Position numbers and translations under genes: made by a program. Shown piece after piece: positions 37,881-49,536 of a stretch of DNA of 64,000 nucleotides. The notes under the pieces are model-generated. The model saw only the letters and a program-made list of their open reading frames with translations, was not told where the DNA came from and did no database searches. Every line of letters begins with the position of its first letter. Positions within the stretch are counted from its first letter, which is position 1. Source of the DNA: Felis catus (Eukaryota); the NCBI RefSeq assembly GCF_018350175.1, contig NC_058368.1:13642001-13706000 (forward strand), in the 5' to 3' direction.

Positions 37881-40599
37881 AAAAGGTACTTACTACCGCT
37901 AATAGCACTTTACACACGTAAGTACTCAATAGTTGCTGATTGGATGGACAGGTGAATGCATTATCAAAATAAAAGAACAGTCGGTGCCTACAGGCAGATA
38001 GCTCAGTTGACATAGATACAAGCCTTCTATTCAACCTGTTCATCATCGTTTATCTGTCTCAAAGAGTCCAAATACCAGAAATGTTGAACCAGAAGATACA
38101 CAGAATAACACCAGCCCAGCCGACCGCTACAAGAGAACTGGAATAATCCAGCAGTTCAGCTTTCCAGTTCTGGGTCTAATTTGCTAAAATTTTGAATTCA
38201 CACAGTGTTTTGAAAAGTCATTCCATAAAAATCCCTCCATTCATAGGAGTTTTCTCTTACCCTTTCAGGATTGGAGCTTTAAAACCACCTAAAAATCTAT
38301 CAGGCTAATAATGATATGTCTCATTTTTATCACAAAGCACTGGCAGGTAAGTATTATTACTTGCAACTTATAAATTAAACTTATAAATTAAACTGAGAAA
38401 AAGTTCTGGTAACTTGTCCCAATCATATATCTAGCAAGGAGCAGAGCCAAGACTCAAAGCCTGGTCTCAAATCATACTTTTGGTATGATTTGACCATTAC
38501 TTTAACAAAAAGATATGTTCAATACCTACTGTGTGTTAGGCGCTGTTTAAGTACTATGGATACGAATATAACTATTATAACATGACTCCATCAAAATGTT
38601 TATGATTTAGTATAAGAGACAGAGAACAACACTCAAAACCCCTCTACTGTGTTATAAGTAGCTTATGAAAAATGTGGGTTCCTGGGTCCCACCCCAGAGC
38701 TCAGATTCAGTAAGTCTGGGTTATAGGCCCCAAATCTGCACTTTTAGCAAGTCTTTCTGGGGTAATTCAGACCACACCTGGAGAAAGGTTATAATGGAGC
38801 TAAGTCCAAGAACAGAAAGGAGGAGTTCCTTGGAAGGTGATTCTTACACCGGGGATTAAAGGACCCACTAGAGTTACCTAAGGAGAAAGAATGGGAATGG
38901 AGAAAGAATCATTCTGACAGAAAAACAAAATTGACCAAGCTTTTGGGAGATGAAATTAATTTGTGAATATGTGGCGGTTCAGTGTAACTGAACTAAGAGG
39001 GAGTAGAAGGGAAAGGGTTGAGAGGAAGTAACTCTGGAGGTAGACAGACCCAGACCCCTAGAGGCCTTGTGGGCTACGGTCCAGAGCCGGAGAACACAGA
39101 GGCCAGGGCACCCCCAGGGGACCGGAAGCAGAGGAGCAGGTGGCCATGCACATGGGCTGCTGCCCCTGCTCCTCAGATCCTCGGTTTGTGCTATCTACAG
39201 AATCGTGCAAGTTTATTCCTGAATAATTAGATTTCCGTTGGAATGGCCTGTTTCAGTTAAAATGTGTCTCTAAGGAGGATGTGAACCAAGCCAGGAGCAG
39301 GCTTCAACATACAAAACACATATCTTAAGATGAAATGGTGAATTTTCAAATTGCTTTTAAGTCAATACAACCTACAAAGCTAATGAAAGCGCAGCCAAGG
39401 CGAGACCCAATTAGGAGCTCTTAATCTTCTAAACTTTACCTCACGGATCTGAAGTTCTTTCCCGCAGGTATGCTGAGCACATGTCAAATCCTTATACCAA
39501 AGACCTTGTCCTGCTTAGAAGCCTCCTTAATCTAAACTGCTGTTGATATTCCCCCAGGCTCCATGTAGAAAAAGCCAGCCTCATGCACCAACCACACACA
39601 CATCTCCTCCATTTCAGTCGTGGGGAATGACATTTTGGCTCATTAGTCTTTGGTTTGAGGAAAGGGAATTTAATGTAATAAACTTATCTAGATAGAGAGG
39701 AAAAATGACACAAAAACGTGCAAACTTGTACAAACAGCATCGTTTTTGATCATTAGATAAAGACAGCTGACCGACCTTGAAGTCAGAGAGATGGAGTGGC
39801 TCCATTCAAGCCTTCTGTGAGACAAGAAAGCAGCAAGGTTAGACTCTCAATCAACTGGCTAGGGGGGGTCCTGTCATGCCCCCTTTTGCCCCAGGAAAGG
39901 CCAGGCTAGGAGACTTCAGGAAAGCAGGAGACATCACCTCACAAGCCCTCTGTCTCATGGTGTTTCTCAGTAGGACACTACTGGCTTTTTCTTTTCTGCC
40001 CGATTCTTTCTTTTGTAAGACTTTACCATTTACTCTAAAATATTGGTCATTGCTAGCACCTGCATACTAAATGCCAAAAGTGCCATCCAGTCGTTACGAC
40101 AACCCCAAAACACCTCCCACATTTTCAAACTCTCCCTAAGGACAGTGGTATCCCCCAGTGGAGATCCACTGAGTAAAATTTTAGATCCCTGGGAACTTTC
40201 AGGGCCATCGTGGTTTCCCATCCCCCTCTGGTAGACAAAGAAATTGAAATCCACTGCAGACTTTATTAAGTAGAACTAGACTCAGAACTCGATTTTCATG
40301 GCTCTCAGGAAAACATCCCCCAAATCTTGGTGCTGTGAAACTCTAAAAAGAGTCCCCAGCTTCCCTCTGGTATCTCTCATTCATACAACCGAAAAACTCT
40401 CTCTTGAACACAAGGCAAATGCAAATCTCTAGTAACTTCTGCCTTTGGCAGTATATGTCTGTCCACTTTTTCTCAGACTTAAAGTACTGGTTCATCCTGA
40501 AGCCAATAAGCAAAATCAATGCTGGGAGCTAGAGGAAAACACAGGAATCTTCAGAAGGAAAGCGAGGGCAAGATTAAAGAGAAATATATTTGGATGTAT

Positions 40600-41090
40600 A
40601 TGTAAATGGAGAGAGAGAGAGAAAGAAAGAGAACTTTCCTCAGGAAGTTTCAGAATACCAAGGATAAAACAATAATTGAAAAGCTTCTAGAAAGGTGGAA
40701 AAAAATTTCTTCAAAGGAATAATAACCAGATTGACATCATCATTCTCATGAGAAATCTGAATTCGAGTACCAAAAGTACCAGGAAATACCACTGTCTAGC
40801 AAGCAAATAAAATCTTCACCATTATTCAAGGAAAAAATTTTGAAATTAAAATTCTTTATCACTCAAATGAGAAGATGAAATGAAATGCATATTTATGTAT
40901 ATATGTACATATACACACATATATGTGCAGTAAAAATGTTTACCTGCTGTACAAAAAAAAATATTCCAATATGTGTTCCACCAAAAAAATTAAAAGTCCA
41001 AGAAAGACACTGGCTTCACAATGTAATTGTACTAACCCAGGAGCTCAGTAAAAAGAAATCAAAATCCTGCATACCAGCCATACAGCATAC
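40600..41090 (+). mobile_element. Ancient L1ME/HAL1-like ORF1 remnant
   Basis: aaagcttctagaaagg..tcaaaggaataataaccagattgacatca..ttctca resembles decayed ORF1 C-terminal coding sequence. Confidence 0.45.
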
Positions 41091-41504
41091 CTAGAAGTCC
41101 ACTGGCCTTGGTACATCCAGGGTGTTTCAGGTAACTCAGTGCAGGGAGGCCACTCCTGGGTGGAGCGGGGAGAGTGGCCCTCTGGCTTTGGTGTCTCCTT
41201 CAGAAAGGGGCCTCCAATTCCTCCTCTAAAGCAGATTATACATAATCAGTTTGACTCATGAGGTAAAACTGACATTTTTGCTTTGAGCTTTCTTCACAGA
41301 AAACTTAAATAACAGTGGCTTGAATAATATAGGGATTATTTTTTTTTCTCCTGAAATAAAAAATCCTGAGGCTGGCAACTCCAAAGGCCATTGCAGCAAC
41401 TCAAGGGACTCTAGGATGAGGACTCTGGAAACGCCTAGCCTTCCCTCATGAGCGTGCTAAGGTCTTCATGCACCATATGAGACAAGAAGAAGAAGGGAAA
41501 CGTT

Positions 41505-41618
41505 AAAATAAAATAAAATAAAATAAAATAAAATAAAATAAAATAAAATAAAATAAAATAAAATAAAATAAAATAAAATAAAATTAAATTAAATTAAATT
41601 AAATTAAATTAAAATAAA
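41505..41618 (+). repeat. (AAAAT)n grading into (AAATT)n
   Basis: Read directly; followed by a (GAA/GAG)n tract at 41632-41690. Confidence 0.95.
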
Positions 41619-41757
41619 TGTAACTCAGAATGAAGAAGAAGAAGGAGGAGGAGGAGGAGAAGGAGGAGGAGAAGGAGAAGGAGAAGAAGGGAAATGAGAG
41701 AAGGGCCAAAGGGCAGATGCCAGCTGGATTTGCCCTGTCTTTAAGAACTGTGCCCAA

Positions 41758-41943
41758 GGAGTGCCTGGGTGGCTCAGTCACTTGAACATCTGACTTCAGC
41801 TCAGGTCATGATCTCAAGGTTTGTGAGTTCGAGCCCCACATCAGGCTTGCTGCTGTCAGTGCAGAGCCGGCTTCAGATCTTCTGTCTTCCTCTCTCTCCA
41901 CCCCTCCCCCCCCCAAAAAAAATAAGCATTTAAAAAAAAAAAA
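41758..41943 (+). mobile_element. Can-SINE
   Basis: TSD aagaactgtgcccaa. Confidence 0.93.
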
Positions 41944-42087
41944 AAGAACTGTGCCCAAATTTCTTCCAGATGATTTCCATGTAAATCTCACTGAGTAGGC
42001 CTCTATCACAAGTACACTTCATCTGCAGCAAAAGCTTGGTGTTTCTCCCAGTTATTGTATAGCATTGACTTAAAAAGTATAACTGAA

Positions 42088-42304
42088 GGGGCACCTTGGT
42101 GGCTTGGTTGGTTGAGTGTCTGCTCTTGGTTTCGGCTCATGTTATGATCTCACAGTTTCGTGGGTTCGAGCCCCGAGTCGGGCCCTGCACTGACAATGCA
42201 GAGCCTGCTTGGAACTCTCCCTCTCTCTCTCTGCCCTTCCCCCACTCGCTCGTGCTCGCTCTCTCTCTTTCAAAATAAATAAATGAACTTTAAAAAATGC
42301 TTTA
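42088..42304 (+). mobile_element. Can-SINE
   Basis: TSD aaaaagt(a/t)taactgaag. Confidence 0.93.
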
Positions 42305-42369
42305 AAAAAGTTTAACTGAAGCCTGAAACTTCAGAATTTTAACAAAATATCAAAACAATGAGGTGAAGT

Positions 42370-42463
42370 GCTAAATAGCCAAATGTGGCTGGTGGCTACC
42401 TTCTTGGGCAATGCAGATGGAGAACATTGCCATCGTTGCAGGAAGTTCGATTGGGCAGCTCTA
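42370..42463. mobile_element. MER3-like hAT-Charlie terminus
   Basis: tagccaaatgtggctggtggctacc..gcagatggagaacattgccatcgttgcaggaagttcgattgg. Confidence 0.7.
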
Positions 42464-43829
42464 GATGTCTGATGCATATGACTTGGACTGGGTTTTGAAA
42501 AGGATAGGTCATTATATATGGTGACAAAAGCAGTTACATAATGAAAGACATTTGGTTCCTGAGTAAGTCTTCATGGAACAAAATGCTCCATAAACTTTCT
42601 AACACATTCACCTTGGAAAGTAAATCTTTTTTCTTGAGCCACTGTATTTTGGGGTCTCTTTGTTACAGTAAGTTCCTCTTCTCTGAGTTAGACTTGGGCA
42701 AGGTGGAGGGGCCCACCTTATCTCGGTTGTCATTGACCCTGTTTTCATATGCCCTTCTGTTCCTTTTACCATAATTAAAGCAACCTGTGCCCTTATATCT
42801 GCCCATCCCTCCATTCCAGAGGATAGTCATCCATGAATACAGTTCACATTATGGTGTTAATGCCTGACTTCCAGTGGCTAGCATGTCCTATGTTAACCTC
42901 TCTCAGAATCTTTTTTTAATAATAGGTACTCCAGCAAAAGGGGTGGGAAGGAATCTCTGATGGAGAAATTTTAAGCATTATCAAAAATATCAGTAGAGAG
43001 ATATGTGGGAGTGTAAATCTTTCTAGTCATTTCTCCATACGTTCATGGATAACTCCTCTACATACAAGGACAGCATTCAAACTCAGGGTTTAATTGCAAA
43101 ACTACTTATGAGGAGAAAACAAAGGAAGAGAAAAATCCATATCTGTGTTGTCTCTTTGTATATTCCCAGAGATTTAATACTGAACAGGGTAATCCAACTC
43201 TTCTCAAGCATCACCATTCCATGGTTACAAAGGAAGCCATATTACATTCATACACTTGTTAGATCCATGAAGGAATTTTCTCTTGCAGGAATTTCAGTAC
43301 TTTAAAAAGCACACTACCTTGCATACAAGAATCACCCAATAAGTATTTATTTTAAGAGTCTCCATAAGGAGCCTTACATCCTTGAATTAGTCTAGTCAGC
43401 CAGTAACCTCTTTTGCTCTGAGTCAAGATGCTCTCACTTTTCTCTGCCAGCATCTACTCACCCATGGCCATAGCTGTGGACCATCTTTATTACCACAAGA
43501 GCCAATACAAAATGAGGAGAAGCCTCCTCTTCTCTGAGCTAGACTTGGGCAAGGTGGAGGGGCCCACACAGCAGGGTTGTTGGGTTCTCTCCACTCACCC
43601 ATGTGCCTTGTTACTGAGCCTGAGTCTGGTTATACTGGCCAGATCTTATGGCAGAGCTCTCCCACAGGGATTTCCTCATCCTTGATTACAACATGACTTC
43701 TACTGGTCAACTCACATCCTCATCCCCTAGCTCCCTTCCTTGGGCCCACCCGATCTGTCCAAAGTGGATGTGGTTCAAGTTTTTTATTTTCTCCAGGAGA
43801 CTTCTTAGCCCCTACATAAGTTTTATATT

Positions 43830-45240
43830 GATTGTGTCTTATAGTAGCTGTTGGTCATTCATGATATAGTTGTGCCTTACTATCTTGGTCAGAGTTTTTC
43901 ATATTTTGTCACTTCACTTAAGGGATGTACACTGCTATATAAGCATGTTGAGTTGAATTGCCTTTTAAAATGTCTTAGAAAGATTGTACTATGATTCAGC
44001 TTTGATATGAAATGCTGTTGTGCACAAAGAACGTAAAAAGCAACAGGATATAAATTTGATCTTAGTAAAGCAAAACTTTGACATTTGTGAAATGTGTATG
44101 AAATTTCATACTTTCTTGCAAAAACAACAACCACATGCTTTGTAGGAACTAAGAAAGGAAGATAGCCACAAATAAATGAATCTATGTTACATTTTGTTAC
44201 TGAGATATGTGGGAAACAATTGACAATACATCCAAGCAATGTATGTGAAGACAAGAGAAACAGCCAAAACCATCAGAATGGATGAAAAAAATTTTAGAGG
44301 AAGATGTGGGTGATTCATGCATCCAGTGGGACTAGTATTAAGGCATCAAATACAATTTGGTCAGACACTTCTTTCTGACTTTGAACGGGAAATACTTATA
44401 GCTTCCAATGCAAGTGATTTAATTGAGAAAAACATGAAATGGAATTTAATCAAATCAGAAACCCTAATGAAACTCAGCATGCTTTGAAAATTACATTTTC
44501 AGTGCCATGAAATCAAGGAGTCAAAATTGTGCATTTGGGTTACAAAAAAGTGGCCTATCACTTTACCAATGGTCAAAAGTTTGGCTCTGTATTTAATTAT
44601 AAACCACAAAAATCTAAGAATAAGAAATTTACCCTCCAAACATTAATTCCCCTCAAAAAGGATGCATGACGGCTGAGCAGATACAGGATAGGAGGCTCTA
44701 TCAGGAAGGACCAGAAGCACTAAGTAACCTATCAAGTGTGTTAGTTCTTGATGTTTTTGCGACATGTGTGTAAACTGTTATAGCAAGGACAAAATGATAG
44801 CATCAAACTTGATGGTGGTTTGGAAAAAAAATCCCATAGAAAATAGTCAAGGATTCTTTAAGAAACAATGCATCATCAAGGCTCTTGAGGGCAAGGAGAA
44901 TGATATTGCAGAGAAAAGCACAGGCACTGATAGTTCTGAGTCAAAATCTTTTGAAAGAGTCAGACCCTGAATGGGAAGGGTTTTAGGAATACTTTAACCC
45001 ATCCATTTCGTTTTATTTTCCTTCTAAAAGGAAAGAGTGACACATGATTAAAAAAAAAAAAACAACTATGTTAGGTAAGTCCAAAAGTCTCTTCAATATC
45101 TTTAAGTATAAAATAAATTTTCAAAAATCAGACAGGAGCATTGTGCCATGGTTTAATTTAAGATGTTTTCTCTTTCTTAGTAGTAATAAGATAACGGTGC
45201 ATCTTGGAATTAGTGGCACCTTCAATTTGATGAAATTTAG
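43830..45240 (+). mobile_element. TcMar-Tc2 (Kanga/MER104-related) DNA transposon with a decayed POGK-like transposase
   Basis: Transposase motif remnants in the expected order from ATG 43970; MER104-like 3' terminus ending tgatgaaatttag followed by TA (45241-45242); 5' boundary uncertain. Confidence 0.8.
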
Positions 45241-47791
45241 TACACTTTTTGGCTCGTTGCTTTTCTGGTTATTTGTAACAGTTTAGACAACCTCAAATAT
45301 GTATAACAAGTAGGCCCATTTCCAGTGGTGAAAAGTAAACTCCAAACTCTCAGTCCTAACTTTGCTGAGACCATCTGGCTTCTCCAGGAATTGGACACAC
45401 ACACTCTGAAGGGTGGCTGTCCAAACCATGGGGCTCTCCTTATGGGGTTCTCCTTAATGAATGGGAATATTTGGTGACAAAATAATGAAATATCCCATTA
45501 CATTTACCCCAAATACATCCAAATAATTGACATTTTTCCTACGTTCAATAAGAATTTTATACTATGTTCTAGATATGACAATAACTGGAGCTTGCTTTTG
45601 GTATGGTCTTACTACTTTCACCCCAAACTCATCATCGGTCAAAATATTAAACCTAAACATGTTTAATTAGACAGGCATAGTTTCATAGTTTCATAATCTG
45701 TGTAAGAAATATAATAATCAGGTGAAGGCATAACAAAATGTACTCATTCTTTCATCGAATGTCAGAGTGCTCACAGAAGCAGCCTGCTGACAAGCATGAT
45801 AAGACTATTTTTAGCATATCACCTTTTTAGACCATTTGTGATTGTTAATTATGACCATTTGGAGCTCACAGATGGTATATAAAATTGTAGTGTTCTGCTT
45901 TAGATAATGAGGATGGCAGTATAATAAATAAATCAATGTGAAATCAAAGGACATAGCTGGCACACAGCAAGGCATATTTGGTTATTTATTACCACAGTAC
46001 CTCGGTTGTTAATAGTGCGTTATACTTGATTTCTAGCCACCATTGCATCTGCCACTCTGGTCTCGCTTTTACACAGCTTCCATCACATTCCCTCTCTACT
46101 AATAATCTGTGGTGTCTCCTTTTTTGCTCCCCCATCAATGATGAGTTCCTCAGTTTGAATTCCAAGGCTCCATGACCAGACGCAACTTTTGCCAATTGAA
46201 ATATTTTCCATAGCCTCCAACAGGCAACTTTTCCCCAGTTGGTGCGTTCTTCACCCTGGTTCCCTGTGCCTTCTGTTCATCGCCAACCACATTTCCACTG
46301 ATGATCTCCCCCCAGGCAATGCCCATTTTCTTTCCGTCTGCCTATAAAAACTCTACCAGTTCTTAGCTTAGATCGATGGATCTCCACGACACATGTGTTT
46401 ACCCCACCAAGTATTGTTTTCTCCCCTGAATTCCAAGAGCACAGTAAGTACCACAAACTTTTACATTAATTGTTCCCTGATTATGTCACTGTGTAGGTTG
46501 TAGCTCCACAAGATGGTAAGATAGCGAGCACTGGAAAGCCTGGCATGCTCTTACGTGGCTTTCCCACCACACCAAATGAAGATACAGGTGAGAAGAAGAA
46601 GAGGAGATGGTTAATAAATACCTGTGAGTGTCTGATTAATAGAGAAATAATCTCCAGCAAAACATCAAAAGATAACACTTTCAGATTCTCTAAAACAGAG
46701 GAAGCTGAATGTAGCAGCTGGTATATATAGAATGTTGACTGTAACCGTATAATAAATCATTGCCTAGAAATTTACCTTTCTTTAAACTGCCAATAATCTC
46801 CAAGCTTCATGTCATAGCTGGAACCTAAAGTTCCAGGGCTCAAATAATCTGATAGCAAAAGCTTTCCAAGGCTGAGGAAGACTGTGGAATTGAAGGAAGG
46901 GATCTAGTTTTTAGAGACCACTAGGTCTTTGTTAAAATATTCAGTTCTCCATTTCACGCTAATGCAAGTATTTGGCACAGTGTTTCAGTTATTATTATTC
47001 CCTTAACATTTTGGTATTTCTATGAGATGAATAAAAAATCAAATTCATATAATGATATAAAATGTTACTTGAAAGAAAATTATTAGATTTGACTGGCTAC
47101 AAAATAATTTACATTTGGAAAACAAATTTTCAAAGCAAAAATTTGATATGAACTAATATGAACAAGATAAAGAGAGAGAAGATAAAGAATCCAAGCTAAA
47201 AGTGGTTCAGGAAATTCTATCTGTGAGATGGAAGGTAACTTACAAATTAACTATAGCAATATTTGTCACATTGTGTCTTGATAGGCTATGTCTCAGTGGC
47301 CCTGATTTTGTTGATGTAGAAAAGATGTGGAGCCCCATAGTCTTCCTAGGGTGTGTGTGCATTCTTGCTGAGAAAATTGGTAGTGTAAAATGCATACTCT
47401 GTGGTCGATTGTTTGCTTGAGAGAAATTAATAAATTGTGTGTATAAGAAAAGGCAGAGACTAATCTGTTGAAAATCTAATTACTTATTAACATTCTCTAC
47501 TAAAAGTTTACCCTAAGAGATCAATTTATTTGATAACTTTGATATTTTCCACCTCAGAGACTTCGGATAATGAAGGAGATACATTGGATTTCAAGATAGG
47601 TAGAATTTATTTTATTTCATTAATCCCCTGCCTCTCCTTTTCCTTCATATTAATTTTTTTCTGTAACTATTCACACAAATTTTGGTTGATTCTTTTCAAC
47701 ACTCATACTTTTATTCTGACTTTGAGAGACACTAGATGAGGACCTAAATTCTGGGCACTGAGGGTTCTAGTAAGACACAGAGTTTCTTTTT

Positions 47792-47824
47792 CTTTCAATG
47801 TTTATTTATTTTTGAGAGTGAGCA

Positions 47825-47855
<31 letters not shown>

Positions 47856-48015
47856 ACAAGTGGGGGAGGGACAGAGACGGAGACACAGAATCTGAAGCAA
47901 GCCCCAGGCTCTGAGCTGTCAGCACAGAGCCTGACGCAGGGCTTGAACCCATGAACCGTGAGACTGACCTGAGCTGAAGTTGGATACTCAACCAACTGAG
48001 CCACACAGGCACCCC
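47792..48015 (-). mobile_element. Can-SINE
   Basis: Complete element on the reverse strand. Confidence 0.93.
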
Positions 48016-48107
48016 AGTGTTTCTTTATATATGAAGTAGCATGTGAGAGAGCTTTTGTGCAGTTGAATGAAGTTAGACCTGCTGTTATAAGAAACTGACT
48101 TGCACAT

Positions 48108-48336
48108 GGGCCGCCTGGGTGGCGCAGTCGGTTAAGCGTCCGACTTCAGCCAGGGCACGATCTCGCGGTCCGGGAGTTCGAGCCCCGCGTCAGGCTCTGG
48201 GCTGATGGCTCACAGCCTGGAACCTGTTTCCGATTCTGTGTCTCCCTCTCTCTCTGCCCCTCCCCTGTTCATGCTCTGTCTCTCTCTGTCCCAAAAATAA
48301 ATAAACGTTGAGAAAAAAAAATAAAAAAAAAAAAAG
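48108..48336 (+). mobile_element. Young feline Can-SINE (ggcgcagtcgg/gggctgatgg variant)
   Basis: Perfect 20-bp TSD ataagaaactgacttgcaca at 48087-48106 and 48337-48356; CpG-rich. Confidence 0.95.
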
Positions 48337-48729
48337 ATAAGAAACTGACTTGCACAGATGAATTTGATGGGAATTCATGACAAGCCAAAGTGTTACTATT
48401 TCCCATTGTCTCCTGTGTGAATATACATATATTTTTTTTCTGTATGTCTCCAGTCATTCTTTAGAAGACAAAGGATTCTATAAATGGAATAACAGGTGTG
48501 TAAGTATGGTCTATAATTATGTCCTAATAGCGGTTTCCTTTTCTATAAGATTTCTGATAACTGAGTGCTTGATATGTGGTTTGTTTTCTAATTACAATCA
48601 ATCATTTTCTCCTTGAAGTCATTCTTGTAACATATCTCTACCACTATTTTTAGATATATGACAAATCATATATTCTGTACCAATTCAGAAATTTCTTTCA
48701 TTGAATAGCTGTCATCATACACTATTTTA

Positions 48730-48786
48730 TTTTTTTTAAGATTCTATTTTTTTAATATATGAAATTTATTGTCAAATTGGTTTCCG
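48730..48786 (-). mobile_element. Extremely 5'-truncated feline L1 3' tip
   Basis: Minus strand ggaaaccaatttgacaataaatttcatatatt plus an A tail; TSD cactatttta at 48720-48729 and 48787-48796. Confidence 0.8.
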
Positions 48787-49306
48787 CACTATTTTAAAGA
48801 AGACACAAATAGTTGTGCGATCCCAAGGGTTGGCTTCACTTCAAATAGAAGTGAAATTAATCCCATATACCAATAACACATCAATGATTGCTGTGGGGAG
48901 GGCTAATCTTAAGCCTACATAAAGAAATCAATTGCTGTGGTTGGTAATGGATCTACATCCCCATAATGTTTCCTTCATACAGTTATTTATGCTTGAATTA
49001 TCTTCAATAAAAGATGACATTTATTTCTAAACTTCTGTTAAAATGCAAATAGTTCTGGAAGAGGTAATACACAGATCTAAAATCACACAAAAGTAAAAAA
49101 TATCTAATATCACTTGATATCAACTCTTTACTAAGAAAATTTGCTCATTATACAGCTGACTCTAAGAACTTGGAGGAATCCATCATGAAAGGAGGAAATG
49201 ACACAAGCAATCTGGGATATGCTGAGGACAAATTTCTCCTTATTTGCAATCTTGCTTAGCATGCCCGCTGACTGGGAGGTTGGCAGAATTACTCCCCAAA
49301 GTTTTC

Positions 49307-49338
49307 ATTTTTTAAAAAAATTTTTAATGTTTATTTTT

Positions 49339-49372
<34 letters not shown>

Positions 49373-49536
49373 ACAAGCAGGGGAGGGACAGAGAGCAGGA
49401 CACACAAAATCTGAAGCAGGCTCCAGGCTCTGAGTTGTTAGCACGGAGCCTGACAAGAGGCTCCAACTCACGGACCGTGAGATCGTGATCTGAGCTGAAG
49501 TTGGTCACTGAACCAACTGAGCCACCCAGATGCTCC
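49307..49536 (-). mobile_element. Can-SINE
   Basis: TSD ccccaaaa(g/t)tttca. Confidence 0.93.

Larger units (their letters stand above)
41290..42030 (-). mobile_element. MLT1-type LTR remnant with insertions
   Basis: acagaaaacttaaataacagtggcttgaata..; continues after the SINE with atctcactg. Confidence 0.55.

Noticed and set aside
41505..41618. Regular array that could be mistaken for a CRISPR or telomere-like array
   Set aside because: It is a simple pentanucleotide microsatellite without spacers, in eukaryotic DNA.
1860..45690. Scattered 8-12 bp tandem duplications (e.g. 1860 tggtctcaca x2, 30278 agcatataac x2, 25532 gaaaatcatat x2, 45676 catagttt x2)
   Set aside because: Ordinary replication-slippage events with no shared motif.
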